A stretch of DNA of 64,000 nt. Source: Candidatus Omnitrophota bacterium (GTDB taxonomy: Bacteria > Omnitrophota > Gorgyraeia > JACQQV01). The notes beneath the pieces are model-generated. The model did not search any database. It saw nothing but the letters and a program-made list of their open reading frames with translations, and was not told the origin of the DNA. The first letter of the stretch is position 1. Each line of letters opens with the position of its first letter. Below, piece after piece: positions 46,776-56,024 of the stretch. The stretch is taken from positions 9,176 to 73,175 of the forward strand of contig JACQQV010000012.1 in the NCBI GenBank assembly GCA_016206785.1, in the 5' to 3' direction. Both the position numbers and the translations under genes were made by a program.

Positions 46776-47564
46776 CTACCCTGAGGCCCCGATGAGCACG
46801 AAATCGGTGATCATGGCCACAAAAAATCCGACAAGGAGTCCAATTTCTACAACCGACTCTTCCTTCAGCTGACGGCCCAAGTGCAAGAGTTCTCCCACAA
46901 TATAAAGAATCGTTCCAGAAGCGAGTGCCAGACAAAATGTCTCTGTCGGCTTACTGACCCACCACCCGCCGATGACCGCGCCCAGAAATGTGGGACCCCC
47001 GCCGATGAGCCCTGTGAGGGCCAGAAACTTCCAACTCACCTCATGACCGGAGAGTGGAGCAGCGATGCCAAACCCTTCTGTTGCATTATGGAGGGCAAAT
47101 CCAATCGCGAGAAGCCACGCAAGGTGAAGAGCCCCGGAGGCATACCCTTGACCGATGGCGAGTCCCTCGCTCAAATTATGAAGTCCTAAGCCGATTGCGA
47201 TCATCATCGCCACCTGTTTTGCCCGGGTCTTGGGAGTGATCCCATTTTTCGCTGTCCCTAGAAAACGTCGCTCAAAATAGACAAGGCCGAGAAGTCCAAG
47301 CGAAAATCCCACCGCAAACAACCCCCCTAATTGAAATGCCCCTGTCCATGACGCCCCATGCTCAAGAGCCTCCTCGATCAGTTCTTCAATCTCCTCGAGG
47401 AGGTGCCCTGTGATCTCCACCAGCAAGAAGATCAGAATACCGGTTGAAACGGCATTGAGAAATGCCTTCGTCTTGGTTGCGACATTTCGTAAACGCGCAA
47501 CAGGTAACCCGAGAAAAATGGTTCCTCCTGCAAGAAGCCCCAACACCCAAGGAATTTGATTCAT
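46776..47564 (-). CDS. ZIP-family divalent metal transporter (ZupT-like)
   Basis: LGLHNLSEGLAIGQG and HNATEGF metal-binding TM motifs. Start set at MNQIPWV, directly after the tonB stop. Confidence 0.8.
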   Translation of the reverse strand: MNQIPWVLGLLAGGTIFLGLPVARLRNVATKTKAFLNAVSTGILIFLLVEITGHLLEEIEELIEEALEHGASWTGAFQLGGLFAVGFSLGLLGLVYFERRFLGTAKNGITPKTRAKQVAMMIAIGLGLHNLSEGLAIGQGYASGALHLAWLLAIGFALHNATEGFGIAAPLSGHEVSWKFLALTGLIGGGPTFLGAVIGGWWVSKPTETFCLALASGTILYIVGELLHLGRQLKEESVVEIGLLVGFFVAMITDFVLIGASG

Positions 47565-48127
47565 TGCTTCCCCTCCGGGATCAGTTGAAATGTGATAGGA
47601 ATTTCTACCCATACGGTAACCGGATTGTTTCCACGCTTGGCAGGTTTAAATTGCCATCCTTTTACCGCCTTCGCCGCAGCCCCATCGAGTAGCGGAAAAC
47701 CCGAAGAAGAAAGTATTGTCAACTGTCCAGTGCGGCCCGTTGGAAGGACCTCCGCCTTTAAGAGAACTGTTCCTTCTTCCCCACGCTGGCGGGAAAGGAG
47801 GGGATAGATCGGTGCGGGATTGCGGAGATACCCCGGCAGAACCTCGGTGAGCGCCCCTTTAATTTCTGGTGCCACGACTGTCTGTGGTATGGGATCAGGC
47901 TCCTGAACGACCTCGGCGGTCGTCTTAGGTTTTACCTCGACGACAGGCAGTTCGGGGAGTGCCTGTGGAGTTATAGGATCGGTTCGCGGGGCGACCAGCC
48001 TTATCTCAACACTCGTCGGTGCCCGTTCTACATCAAATTGAACGGGGGTCGTCGTCGGCCATCCGAAAAAGAGGCCGGTATGGATCCCCAATGAGATGGC
48101 CAAAGCGCTTTTAAGTGTCCCGGTCAC
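47561..48127 (-). CDS. tonB: energy transducer TonB
   Basis: N-terminal anchor, a Pro-rich spacer (PELPVVEVKPKTTAEVVQEPDPIP), and a TonB_C domain (GEEGTVLLKAEVLPTGRTGQLTILSSSGFPLLDGAAAKAVKGWQFKPA). Confidence 0.75.
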   Translation of the reverse strand: MTGTLKSALAISLGIHTGLFFGWPTTTPVQFDVERAPTSVEIRLVAPRTDPITPQALPELPVVEVKPKTTAEVVQEPDPIPQTVVAPEIKGALTEVLPGYLRNPAPIYPLLSRQRGEEGTVLLKAEVLPTGRTGQLTILSSSGFPLLDGAAAKAVKGWQFKPAKRGNNPVTVWVEIPITFQLIPEGKQ

Positions 48128-48531
48128 GACCGATCTCCTTCTGTCTGAAATGACACGCGTGCAAGGCCCGCTTGACGAACCGCATCCAAAACCGCCATCA
48201 CCGTTCCATGAGCTGTACGGCGGTCTGCGTTAATCGTCACGAGCGGATCGGCCGCGCGAAGTCGATGTTGACGAAGCGAGCCAGAAAGGTCATTGAGGGC
48301 TATTGGCTCTTGGTTTAGAAAAAGTGATCCCTCAGCAGTCACGGTAATGGTGAGAGATTCTTCTGTCGTGGTGACCGCCGTTTCGGCGGCGGGAAGATCT
48401 ACAATGAGGCCTTCCTGCATCGTCATGGAAAAAACCCCAAAGATGAAAAACACCAGCAAAAGGAAAAACATATCGATGAGCGGCACCATCTCAATCCGCG
48501 GACGTTTAGACGGAAACGCCTTGATCTGCAT
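48124..48531 (-). CDS. exbD: biopolymer transport protein ExbD/TolR
   Basis: A single TM (PLIDMFFLLLVFFIFGVF) followed by an ExbD periplasmic domain. It overlaps tonB by 4 nt. Confidence 0.8.
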   Translation of the reverse strand: MQIKAFPSKRPRIEMVPLIDMFFLLLVFFIFGVFSMTMQEGLIVDLPAAETAVTTTEESLTITVTAEGSLFLNQEPIALNDLSGSLRQHRLRAADPLVTINADRRTAHGTVMAVLDAVRQAGLARVSFQTEGDRS

Positions 48532-49132
48532 GTTTGGTCTTTCCCTTCTGACACAGAATTTGGAAGTTGGTCACATGGGTTGAAATCTGGCTGGCCGCAT
48601 CCTCGACTCTCGCACAAAAATAGTTATAGGCGATCACCGTCGGGATTGCGATGGCGAGCCCCGCTACTGTCGTGATAACCGCCTGCGCAATTCCTGCGGC
48701 AACGATCTTGGGGTCCGGAATCCGGCCTTCCAATGAACCAAAGGCGACGAGAATTCCGGTCACCGTTCCAAAGATACCCAAAAGAGGGGCTACAGTGATG
48801 ATGGTATCCAGAACCCCCAGATAGCGCTTCATCCGCTTGAGCTCCGCGTGAACCACCACCTCGAGCGCCCCTTCGAGGGAAAAGTGGTGGTGCTCCAAGC
48901 CGTTAAGGATAATCCGGGCCACAGGATCTTTGCTTTCTCTGGCACTCGCAGCCGCTTCTTCAAAAAGTCCTCGTTCAACCAGATGGAGCAGTTTGTGGAC
49001 AAGTGCGGACTCTTGGATTCGGCTCTCCTTCACCCAAAAAAGAAGTCGTTCAATGATCACACCGAGTGCAATCACGGAACAGAGTAAGAGAGGCCACATG
49101 ACCGGCCCGCCCTTCAGAAACCAGTGCCACAT
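48506..49132 (-). CDS. exbB: MotA/TolQ/ExbB proton-channel protein
   Basis: Three-TM ExbB pattern (LGVLDTIITVAPLLGIFGTVTGIL). Confidence 0.8.
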   Translation of the reverse strand: MWHWFLKGGPVMWPLLLCSVIALGVIIERLLFWVKESRIQESALVHKLLHLVERGLFEEAAASARESKDPVARIILNGLEHHHFSLEGALEVVVHAELKRMKRYLGVLDTIITVAPLLGIFGTVTGILVAFGSLEGRIPDPKIVAAGIAQAVITTVAGLAIAIPTVIAYNYFCARVEDAASQISTHVTNFQILCQKGKTKHADQGVSV

Positions 49133-49151
49133 AACCTTTGATTCTCCTTTC

Positions 49152-51251
49152 TCAGAATTTTACCCCAGCCCGTACACCCCCATAGAAATTCCGTTCGTAG
49201 GCCGGATCGATGCCTTCACTGCGAATCCGGGCGTAGTAGCGCTCATCAAAAAGATTATTGATCCCACCGAAGAGCGCCACATACTCTTTCCATACCTTCA
49301 GTTCTCCGGTCAGATCCCAGACCTTGTAGGATGGGATCGTTCGGTTTGTTGTATTAGCATCATCTGCAAAGTGATCGTCGACAAAGGTGCTTCCGAGACG
49401 CGCTTTGGCGCGATCCTTGAAGGCATATTCGACCCCGAATCGGATCGTGTACTGGGGCGCATGCTGCGGTGTCTTACCGTCCTGCGGGCCTTCGGTAAAT
49501 TTCGCATCCAGAAGCATCAGATTCACGTAGGGACTTACCGAACCGACCCGATCCCCGCCCATCAGATCGACCTCCGTAGCAAATTCCACACCCTGGTGGA
49601 GCGCGTCGCCGACGTTCTCGATCGTGTTACCCGAAGTCCCGATCTGGTCACTAAAATTCAGAAGGAAATAACTCGCGTCCCAAGTAAGCGCCTCCCAATG
49701 TCGCCCGCGCATCCCGACGTCAAACGTCCAACTTTTTCCTTCTTCAAGATCGCTGTTAAGGACTTGACTCGCCCCTGTCGGAACCGCCTGGGTAAATATT
49801 TTCGGCCGGTAGGATTGTGAAAGGTTTGTGTATAAATCGATCTCCGGGGTCACGTCCAGATTGATCCCGACGCCAAAGAGCGGCACGAAATCAAATTCAT
49901 CAACGTCTGCAAGGGGAGTTCCCACCCCGGCCTTGTCCGCATTCACATCTTCTTTCACATGTTGCCAGATGTTTTCGAGTCTAACACCGGGTGTTACGGA
50001 TAATTTCCCGAACCGAAACAGATGTTCGGCAAAAAGCGAGAGATACTCCATTTTCCGGTCACTTTTGTTGCGCAGGGCCCCGGAATCTGCATCTGGCGCT
50101 GTTCCCCGCTGATCTTCTCGCGGAGAATCGGAGAAATAGGTCAAAAGCCCCGCCGTCAGGGTGTGGCCTTCTTGTCCAAATGCATCATAGGTGCGCCGAA
50201 ACCGAGGTTCGAATCCGACGGTATAGAAATCCTGTTCCTCAATGCTGTTAGTAGAGGAGGCACTTCCTGTCGGCAACGTTCCAAACCCCCCTCCTCGCTG
50301 ACGCTTGCTGTATCGGCGGTAATGCCCACCGAACGTTCTGAAATCAAACCGGGTCTCTTCGCCGATGTCGCGCTCATAGATCAGCGTCCCATAGTAACGC
50401 TCGAGACGGAACCGGTCGTTAAACCGTGTCGTTGCATCACGGCCCTCACTGTCCGCCACCGCTTTCGTCAATCCTCCCGGCTCTCCATGTTCCTCATGGT
50501 ATTCGTCATAGCCCACGATCCATCGGGAATCGGTTGTTTGCCCGATGGTCATCTTGAGCCCTCCGCCAAGAACCTCGAAGTCGCTGTTTGCCTCGCGAAA
50601 ACCGTTTCCTTCCCGTTCATGGAAGTAGCCCCGATAGCCGAGCGGCTGTGACAATCCGGTGACCGCTGTATAATGCGAAAAAAGTTCATCGGTTCCAAAA
50701 CTGTTTTCGGTGTAGGCCGCAAACGGGGTATCCGTCGCCGGTTCCTTTGTAATGAAATTGAGCGCTCCTCCAGGCTGGGGGCCGTACATGAGCGATGCGC
50801 CTCCGTGTATGAATTCGATATGGTCGATACTTTGAAGCGGCGGAACATAGTACGCCTCGGGGTAGCCAAACATCTCCGCATGGATCGGGATGCCATCCTT
50901 GAGGACCTGTGTAAACTGGGCCCGGTGCGGCTCAAGCCCTCGATACCCTACGCTCAAAAGCGGGGTTGTTTCCTCACTCAGCAGCAACCCCGGCGTCTTG
51001 GCCAAGACCTGACGGTAGTTGTTGTTGACAATCGTGGGCTGGGCTTGGAGGTCGATGACTTCAGTCTTTTTACCAGAGTAAATGCGCGTCCCTGTGACGT
51101 CGGGTAAGAAACGCTTGCCCGCCCGCACCTCCTCAGCCCGAACAGTCACTTCCTCCATCCGATACGTTCTCTCTTCCGCAGCCTGACAAACCACCGCCCA
51201 CCCCCCTAACAGCACAAAAACTCCCGACCAGACAACTTCTTTTCGCAACAT
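49152..51251 (-). CDS. TonB-dependent outer-membrane receptor (siderophore/metal-chelate type)
   Basis: Signal peptide (VFVLLGGWAVVCQA), a plug domain, and a beta-barrel ending in an aromatic residue (...GVRAGVKF). Start set at MLRKEV (51251), which avoids overlap with the YezD-like gene; the longest ORF starts at 51338. Confidence 0.85.
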   Translation of the reverse strand: MLRKEVVWSGVFVLLGGWAVVCQAAEERTYRMEEVTVRAEEVRAGKRFLPDVTGTRIYSGKKTEVIDLQAQPTIVNNNYRQVLAKTPGLLLSEETTPLLSVGYRGLEPHRAQFTQVLKDGIPIHAEMFGYPEAYYVPPLQSIDHIEFIHGGASLMYGPQPGGALNFITKEPATDTPFAAYTENSFGTDELFSHYTAVTGLSQPLGYRGYFHEREGNGFREANSDFEVLGGGLKMTIGQTTDSRWIVGYDEYHEEHGEPGGLTKAVADSEGRDATTRFNDRFRLERYYGTLIYERDIGEETRFDFRTFGGHYRRYSKRQRGGGFGTLPTGSASSTNSIEEQDFYTVGFEPRFRRTYDAFGQEGHTLTAGLLTYFSDSPREDQRGTAPDADSGALRNKSDRKMEYLSLFAEHLFRFGKLSVTPGVRLENIWQHVKEDVNADKAGVGTPLADVDEFDFVPLFGVGINLDVTPEIDLYTNLSQSYRPKIFTQAVPTGASQVLNSDLEEGKSWTFDVGMRGRHWEALTWDASYFLLNFSDQIGTSGNTIENVGDALHQGVEFATEVDLMGGDRVGSVSPYVNLMLLDAKFTEGPQDGKTPQHAPQYTIRFGVEYAFKDRAKARLGSTFVDDHFADDANTTNRTIPSYKVWDLTGELKVWKEYVALFGGINNLFDERYYARIRSEGIDPAYERNFYGGVRAGVKF

Positions 51252-51264
51252 CTTATGATCCTTT

Positions 51265-51447
51265 CTATGGTGAAGTTCCTCCGGTTGTCTGGTCGGAATT
51301 CTCTTTTTTCTCCAAACGGACCTTTTCGATACGTTCAATCTGCGTCACTTTTCCATCATGCACAACAAGATGGAGTGAGCCGTACCGCAACCCTTTTGAA
51401 AGGGTATTTAAACGCCGTCTGACCTGATCGTCTATGACTTCGCTCAT
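51265..51447 (-). CDS. YezD-like small protein (DUF2292)
   Basis: LRYGSLHLVVHDGKVTQIERIEKVRL matches the DUF2292 pattern. It sits between fur and the TonB-dependent receptor. Confidence 0.5.
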   Translation of the reverse strand: MSEVIDDQVRRRLNTLSKGLRYGSLHLVVHDGKVTQIERIEKVRLEKKENSDQTTGGTSP

Positions 51448-51487
51448 AAATGAAATTGCGACTCAATCTCAATAATAGAGAAAAAAA

Positions 51488-51910
51488 TTAATTCCCTACC
51501 CTACACCGATGGCACAGCCCGTAAATTTTGTGAGAATGGGACACGATCTTAAAGTGATAATGCCTCGCCACTTTTTCCTGCTCTGATTCGATATCCGGAT
51601 TCTCAAATTCAGTGATCCGCCCGCATTTCAAACAGACGAGGTGATCATGGTGATGTCGCCCGAGCCGGCTTTCATAGAGGTGATAACCCCGGTCAAAATC
51701 ATGGACATCCAGGACGTCGTGGGCAGCCAAGAGTTTCAATGTCCGATAGACGGTTGCCCGTGAAATCCCTGCCCGCTTCTGACGAAGCGTCTCGTACAGC
51801 TCTTCTGCACTAAAGTGCTTGTGCTGGAGAAGAGCCTTTTCAAGGAGTCTCCTCCTCTGCTCTGTAAGTTTAACCCCCTTTTCCTTTAGAACCGCATCGA
51901 GCTCCCCCAT
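51488..51910 (-). CDS. fur: Fur-family transcriptional regulator (ferric uptake regulator)
   Basis: A wHTH followed by HHDHLVCLKCGRITEF and HYHFKIVSHSHKIYGLCHRC metal sites. There is a GAGGA Shine-Dalgarno upstream. Confidence 0.85.
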   Translation of the reverse strand: MGELDAVLKEKGVKLTEQRRRLLEKALLQHKHFSAEELYETLRQKRAGISRATVYRTLKLLAAHDVLDVHDFDRGYHLYESRLGRHHHDHLVCLKCGRITEFENPDIESEQEKVARHYHFKIVSHSHKIYGLCHRCRVGN

Positions 51911-51924
51911 GGCATCCTCACTTT

Positions 51925-51974
51925 GAGACTGAGTCTCACTTTCATATGTTAATGGATTTCCGAAATCCTGTCAA
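51925..51974 (-). promoter_or_regulatory. candidate fur promoter with two operator-like palindromes
   Basis: The minus strand reads TTGACA (51969-51974), a 17-nt spacer, then TAACAT (51946-51951). A perfect 15-nt palindrome ggatttc-c-gaaatcc sits in the spacer (51954-51968). A 13-nt palindrome gagact-g-agtctc sits at about +2..+14 (51925-51937). Confidence 0.4.
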
Positions 51975-51983
51975 GAGATTTTT

Positions 51984-52658
51984 TTACGGAAGGAAACGGA
52001 GGATCGCCCAGAAGGTCTGGAGGCTGGCGGAGAGGCGGCCCCGGAAACTGCCGCTCAGTTTGGACTCCCCCACCCGCTTTCGATAGCGCACTGGCACCTC
52101 AAGGACTTTCGCATTCTTTTTCGCAACCTTGAGTTGCATTTCAACGTGCCAAGCGTAGGAATGGTCACGCATCTTTAAAGTTTCTAACACAGGGTAGCGG
52201 ATTGCGCGGAAAGGACCGACATCGGTATACCGCTTCTTGAAAAAAGCATTTATCAAGAGACAGGCGAGACGATTTCTCCAGAGAACCTGGGACGGGATGG
52301 ATCCTTTTTCCCAATTCCCAAGTATTCGTGAGCCGACGACAAAATCGGCTTCCCCTTGAGTGATCGGAGCGATCAGTTGAGGAAGTTCCTCCGGAAAGTC
52401 GCTCAAGTCTCCATTCAGAAAAACAACCACGTCGGGATGACTCAACGTACGAAGCGCGGTGAGACAAGCCCGCCCGTAACCCCGGCGGAGTTCATGAACC
52501 ACCTTTGCCCCTTTGGAGCGGGCAATGAGCGCACTTTGATCGCTTGACCCGTTGTCCACCACAACGATTTCATTCACCATGTTTTTTGGAATGGCATCGA
52601 TCACTGCACCGATCGATTTTTCTTCATTCAAGACTGGGATAATGATAGAGACTCTCAT
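51984..52658 (-). CDS. glycosyltransferase family 2 (polyprenol-phosphate sugar transferase-like)
   Basis: VSIIIPVLNEEKSI...VVVDNGSSD and a DxD-like GDLSD segment. Confidence 0.8.
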   Translation of the reverse strand: MRVSIIIPVLNEEKSIGAVIDAIPKNMVNEIVVVDNGSSDQSALIARSKGAKVVHELRRGYGRACLTALRTLSHPDVVVFLNGDLSDFPEELPQLIAPITQGEADFVVGSRILGNWEKGSIPSQVLWRNRLACLLINAFFKKRYTDVGPFRAIRYPVLETLKMRDHSYAWHVEMQLKVAKKNAKVLEVPVRYRKRVGESKLSGSFRGRLSASLQTFWAILRFLP

Positions 52659-53149
52659 CTTTCTTCTAAAAGAGGGAGGATAAGTTGCTCCAGCTCCTCT
52701 TTTTCCTTATATCCAAAGAGTTTTCTCCGCATAAACCCTTTCCGATCGATCAGAAAGGCGGTTGGTAAGAAAACGATGCCCCGATAATCCTCAATAATTT
52801 TGTCGTCTCCCAGGACAACCGGATAGGTGACCTGTTTCTCCTTTACAAAATGTTCGAGAGACCTTTTTGAATCACCGAGGGAAACCCCAACGATAACCAG
52901 TCCTTTCTCTTTGTAGGTATTATAAAGAGACACAAGATGGGGAACCTCTTCAATGCAAGGGGGACACCAGGCTCCCCAAAAATCCAGATAAACGACTTTC
53001 CCTGAAAAATCCTCCAGATGCACCGTGTTGCCGTCGAGACGAGGGAGGCTAAAAGAGGGGGCTTTTTGAAGTTCCGGATCACCCCAGCTGAAGCGTTGCA
53101 TTCCTAAAAGAGCAACGCCACACAAAAGGAACATGAGCGCTCTTCTCAA
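52655..53149 (-). CDS. TlpA/ResA-like periplasmic thiol-disulfide oxidoreductase
   Basis: A signal peptide followed by a thioredoxin fold with WCPPC (VYLDFWGAWCPPCIEEVP). Confidence 0.8.
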   Translation of the reverse strand: MRRALMFLLCGVALLGMQRFSWGDPELQKAPSFSLPRLDGNTVHLEDFSGKVVYLDFWGAWCPPCIEEVPHLVSLYNTYKEKGLVIVGVSLGDSKRSLEHFVKEKQVTYPVVLGDDKIIEDYRGIVFLPTAFLIDRKGFMRRKLFGYKEKEELEQLILPLLEER

Positions 53150-53160
53150 CTGAACACCTC

Positions 53161-53910
53161 CTATAAATTAAACAAGCGGACCAAAGGGGCAAGGGTCTTA
53201 TTGAGAAAATTGGTCAACCAAAAAAGGGCGTTGGTCACAAGGAGTACCCCGATGCCCATGAGGAGGACCCCACTGCCCACCTCTATCCAATGAAGATACC
53301 GTTTTATTTTCTGAAAAGAAGAGAGAAAAAGGTTCATGGCAAGTGCGGACAGCAAGAACGGAATCCCAAGACCGAGAGAGTAGACGGAAAGATAAAAGAT
53401 CCCCTGTTGGAAACTCTGGGAAGCGCCTGCCAGGACAAGAATCGATCCTAAGATCGGGCCCACACACGGAGTCCACCCAAATGCAAAAATGGTCCCAACA
53501 AGGAAAGAACCTAAAAACCCCGTGGGATGGGCGGGTAAGGAAAATTTCTTCTCCCGCATGAGAAAGGTAGGCTTGAGAAACCCAGCGAGGGTGGCTCCTA
53601 AGAGAATGATAAAGACCCCGCCAATTTGACGGAACCGTTTTTGATGCTGTGCAAAAAGCTGGCCCAGGACACTGGCCGAGGCACCCAAAATGACAAAAAT
53701 AACGGAGAAACCCAGGATAAAAAGGAGCGCATGGAAGCCCACCTTCCGCCAGGATCCCCTGCGGGAACCCGACTGTGTGAGTTCCTCGACAGAAAGGCCC
53801 GTGATATAGGAAAGGTAGGAAGGAATTAAAGGAAGCACACAGGGCGAAAGAAAAGAAGCAACCCCTGCCAAAAACGAAAATGTGATACTGACTGATCCTG
53901 AGGGAACCAA
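53161..53910 (-). CDS. ccdA: cytochrome c-type biogenesis protein CcdA (DsbD transmembrane domain)
   Basis: SFLSPCVLPLIPSY and a second Cys (GWTPCVGPILGS) in a six-TM core. Confidence 0.85.
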   Translation of the reverse strand: MVPSGSVSITFSFLAGVASFLSPCVLPLIPSYLSYITGLSVEELTQSGSRRGSWRKVGFHALLFILGFSVIFVILGASASVLGQLFAQHQKRFRQIGGVFIILLGATLAGFLKPTFLMREKKFSLPAHPTGFLGSFLVGTIFAFGWTPCVGPILGSILVLAGASQSFQQGIFYLSVYSLGLGIPFLLSALAMNLFLSSFQKIKRYLHWIEVGSGVLLMGIGVLLVTNALFWLTNFLNKTLAPLVRLFNL

Positions 53911-54594
53911 TTACGCCTCCAATTCCGAAAGGATGCGATAGGTTCGTTGGGGGAGTTCTCTTTCTGCATGACGATACAGGTACTCCAGGTGCCCCTTTAA
54001 GAGGACAAGGGCCTCCGGGGTATCCACATCATACCAAGGTCCCAAAAGACCGATGCTTCCTTCGAGATGACGATTCTGAAAGATCGTTTTCTGAAAAACT
54101 TCTTCTTCCCCCCAAGGGATATCGTTAAAAAGTTCTGGGTGAAGTTTCCTCATTCCGAGGAGGTAATACCCCCCGTCGATACTCGGCCCGATCACCACTT
54201 CATAAGGATCCAAGAGGGCAAAGGCCTCCTCCAGGTAAGCGGTTGGGAGGGTGGGGCTATCTGAACCGATCACGATACTCTTCCTTGCGCCTTGTTCAAA
54301 ACTCCAAGAAAAATAATTTCTCATTCTCTCCCCGAGATCCCTTCCCTGTTGCGGCCAGAATTTCACTTCACCCACTTTAGAAGAAAAAAAATCCCTGGCG
54401 GGGGGAACCCCCAGATAAGAGATGACCTTCACATCACAGGAAAAGTCGGAAAGTCTTTCAAGGATATCCTCGACAAAGGCTTTATAAAGACGCACCGCGT
54501 CTTCTCTTGGCAAGGCCCGCATCAAGCGGGTCTTTACCTCTTCTGCATCAGGCGTTTTCATGAAAACAGAAAGATAATTTTTCGTCTCGCTCAT
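53911..54594 (-). CDS. DUF2064 / TIGR04282-family nucleotidyltransferase-like protein
   Basis: VFMKTPDAEEVKTRLMRALPREDAVRLYKAF...VIGSDSPTL...DGGYYLLG is a MobA-like/DUF2064 pattern. Confidence 0.6.
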   Translation of the reverse strand: MSETKNYLSVFMKTPDAEEVKTRLMRALPREDAVRLYKAFVEDILERLSDFSCDVKVISYLGVPPARDFFSSKVGEVKFWPQQGRDLGERMRNYFSWSFEQGARKSIVIGSDSPTLPTAYLEEAFALLDPYEVVIGPSIDGGYYLLGMRKLHPELFNDIPWGEEEVFQKTIFQNRHLEGSIGLLGPWYDVDTPEALVLLKGHLEYLYRHAERELPQRTYRILSELEA

Positions 54595-55760
54595 GGTGCC
54601 AACGCATAATGCGGGATCTGTTCAAGCACATACTTCCGAATCCGGTCTACTTTGGGAAATGGATGTTTCACCCTCTTCCGGTCGATGACCCGCTCGAGAA
54701 GTTCCTCCCGCTTTCCCCCACAATGGCAATGGCGATATCGCGACGTCTGCGTGAGCGGTACAACCAGAGAAGCGTAACAGCGATGACACCGAAGAACCGA
54801 TTTTGCGCCGGAAAGTTTTCCCCGCTTGGCAAAGGGCTCCCCCTCCACCTCCACAATGTCCATCGCAAAGTCGATGCTAGAAGCGCAACTTAAGGCGGTG
54901 CCGATGCCATACCCATAGACCCAAGGGTTGAGTTTCGGAAGGTCCTCCTCATCGAGGCCGCCACTCACAAAGATCTTGACATGGGAGTGGCCGCGGAGGT
55001 CAAGTTCCCACCGAACCTCTTTGAGGATCTCAACAAAATTCCCCCGACGACTGGAAGGGGTATCCAGCCGTACCCCAAAAAGATTTTTCCCCAAAACCTC
55101 TGCGGCACGGATCGCCTCAAATTTTTCATCGGAGAGGGTATCCACGAGACAGATCCGCTTGACCTTTTTGTCGATGACCTCATGAAACGCACGAATCGCT
55201 TCTTCCGAACTTCCTAAAAGAAGAATGAGGGAATGGGGCATGGTTCCCACCGGGGCTATGCCGATAAAAGAAGCCCCCTTCGCCGAAGAAACCCCATCAC
55301 ACCCTCCCAGATAAGCGCTCCGCTCTACCATCGGTGCAAGGGCAGGGTGCATTCGACGGGACCCGAAACTGAAAAGCATCCGGTCTCCCGAAAGTTGCCG
55401 AAGGCGACTCGCCTTCGTGGCGATCCCGGAGGCTTGACAGAGAAACCCTAAAAGAGCGGTCTCAAATTGAAGAAACGAAAGGTAATCCCCTTCGAGAATG
55501 ATGACCGGCTCCCCCGTTCTGAAAACGGTCCCTTCCGGCATCGCCCAGACCGTGACAGGGAGTCGTGCAAGAAGCCTGCACGCTTCCTCTACACCGGCCA
55601 ACACCCCGTAGGGCCACTGGTGGGGAAATTTTTTCACCACAAACTCTGCTTTGACCCGACGATGGAGTTTCTTCTTCTCAAGAATCTCTTTCGCCCGGAG
55701 AAAATAGACATCGGTGACTTTCCCCCGGAGAATCTCTTCTTCTTTTGCGATATGAAGCAT
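54591..55760 (-). CDS. nicotinate phosphoribosyltransferase family protein with C-terminal Cys-rich zinc-ribbon-like tail
   Basis: NAPRTase-like motifs (FSFGSRRMHPALAPMVERSAYLGGCDGVS; GIAPVGTMPHSL) plus CHRC...CHCGG at the C-terminus. Confidence 0.65.
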   Translation of the reverse strand: MLHIAKEEEILRGKVTDVYFLRAKEILEKKKLHRRVKAEFVVKKFPHQWPYGVLAGVEEACRLLARLPVTVWAMPEGTVFRTGEPVIILEGDYLSFLQFETALLGFLCQASGIATKASRLRQLSGDRMLFSFGSRRMHPALAPMVERSAYLGGCDGVSSAKGASFIGIAPVGTMPHSLILLLGSSEEAIRAFHEVIDKKVKRICLVDTLSDEKFEAIRAAEVLGKNLFGVRLDTPSSRRGNFVEILKEVRWELDLRGHSHVKIFVSGGLDEEDLPKLNPWVYGYGIGTALSCASSIDFAMDIVEVEGEPFAKRGKLSGAKSVLRCHRCYASLVVPLTQTSRYRHCHCGGKREELLERVIDRKRVKHPFPKVDRIRKYVLEQIPHYALAP

Positions 55761-55773
55761 TTTCTTTAAGGAA

Positions 55774-55974
55774 TCAATTTGCCCGGAACCGTATTTTTTT
55801 CAGTTCCGCCTTGATTTCCTGAAGGTCTTGGAGCATCTTCTCTTGATTCTTCAAGATGCGCCCCACTTGTGAAGAAAAGTCCTCCTCTGCACTGACCCGA
55901 GGGGCGGGCCGCACCCAGAGAAGAGCTCCTCCCAGTACCAGCGCTAAAAGGATCATTAAAATTTTTTTTGTCAT
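55774..55974 (-). CDS. hypothetical small secreted protein
   Basis: Signal peptide (ILMILLALVLGGALLWV) with a GGGGAGG Shine-Dalgarno 4 nt upstream. It is the last gene of the csoR-permease unit. Confidence 0.4.
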   Translation of the reverse strand: MTKKILMILLALVLGGALLWVRPAPRVSAEEDFSSQVGRILKNQEKMLQDLQEIKAELKKIRFRAN

Positions 55975-56024
55975 GGTTACCTCCCCTATTCATTATACTT
56001 TGAAAAGAAAGCGCTGTAAATCGC

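Noticed and set aside
51448-51487. Possible Fur box between fur and the YezD-like gene
   Set aside because: It has only loose NATWAT-like hexamers (tgagattgagtcgcaattt) and no convincing 19-bp dyad.
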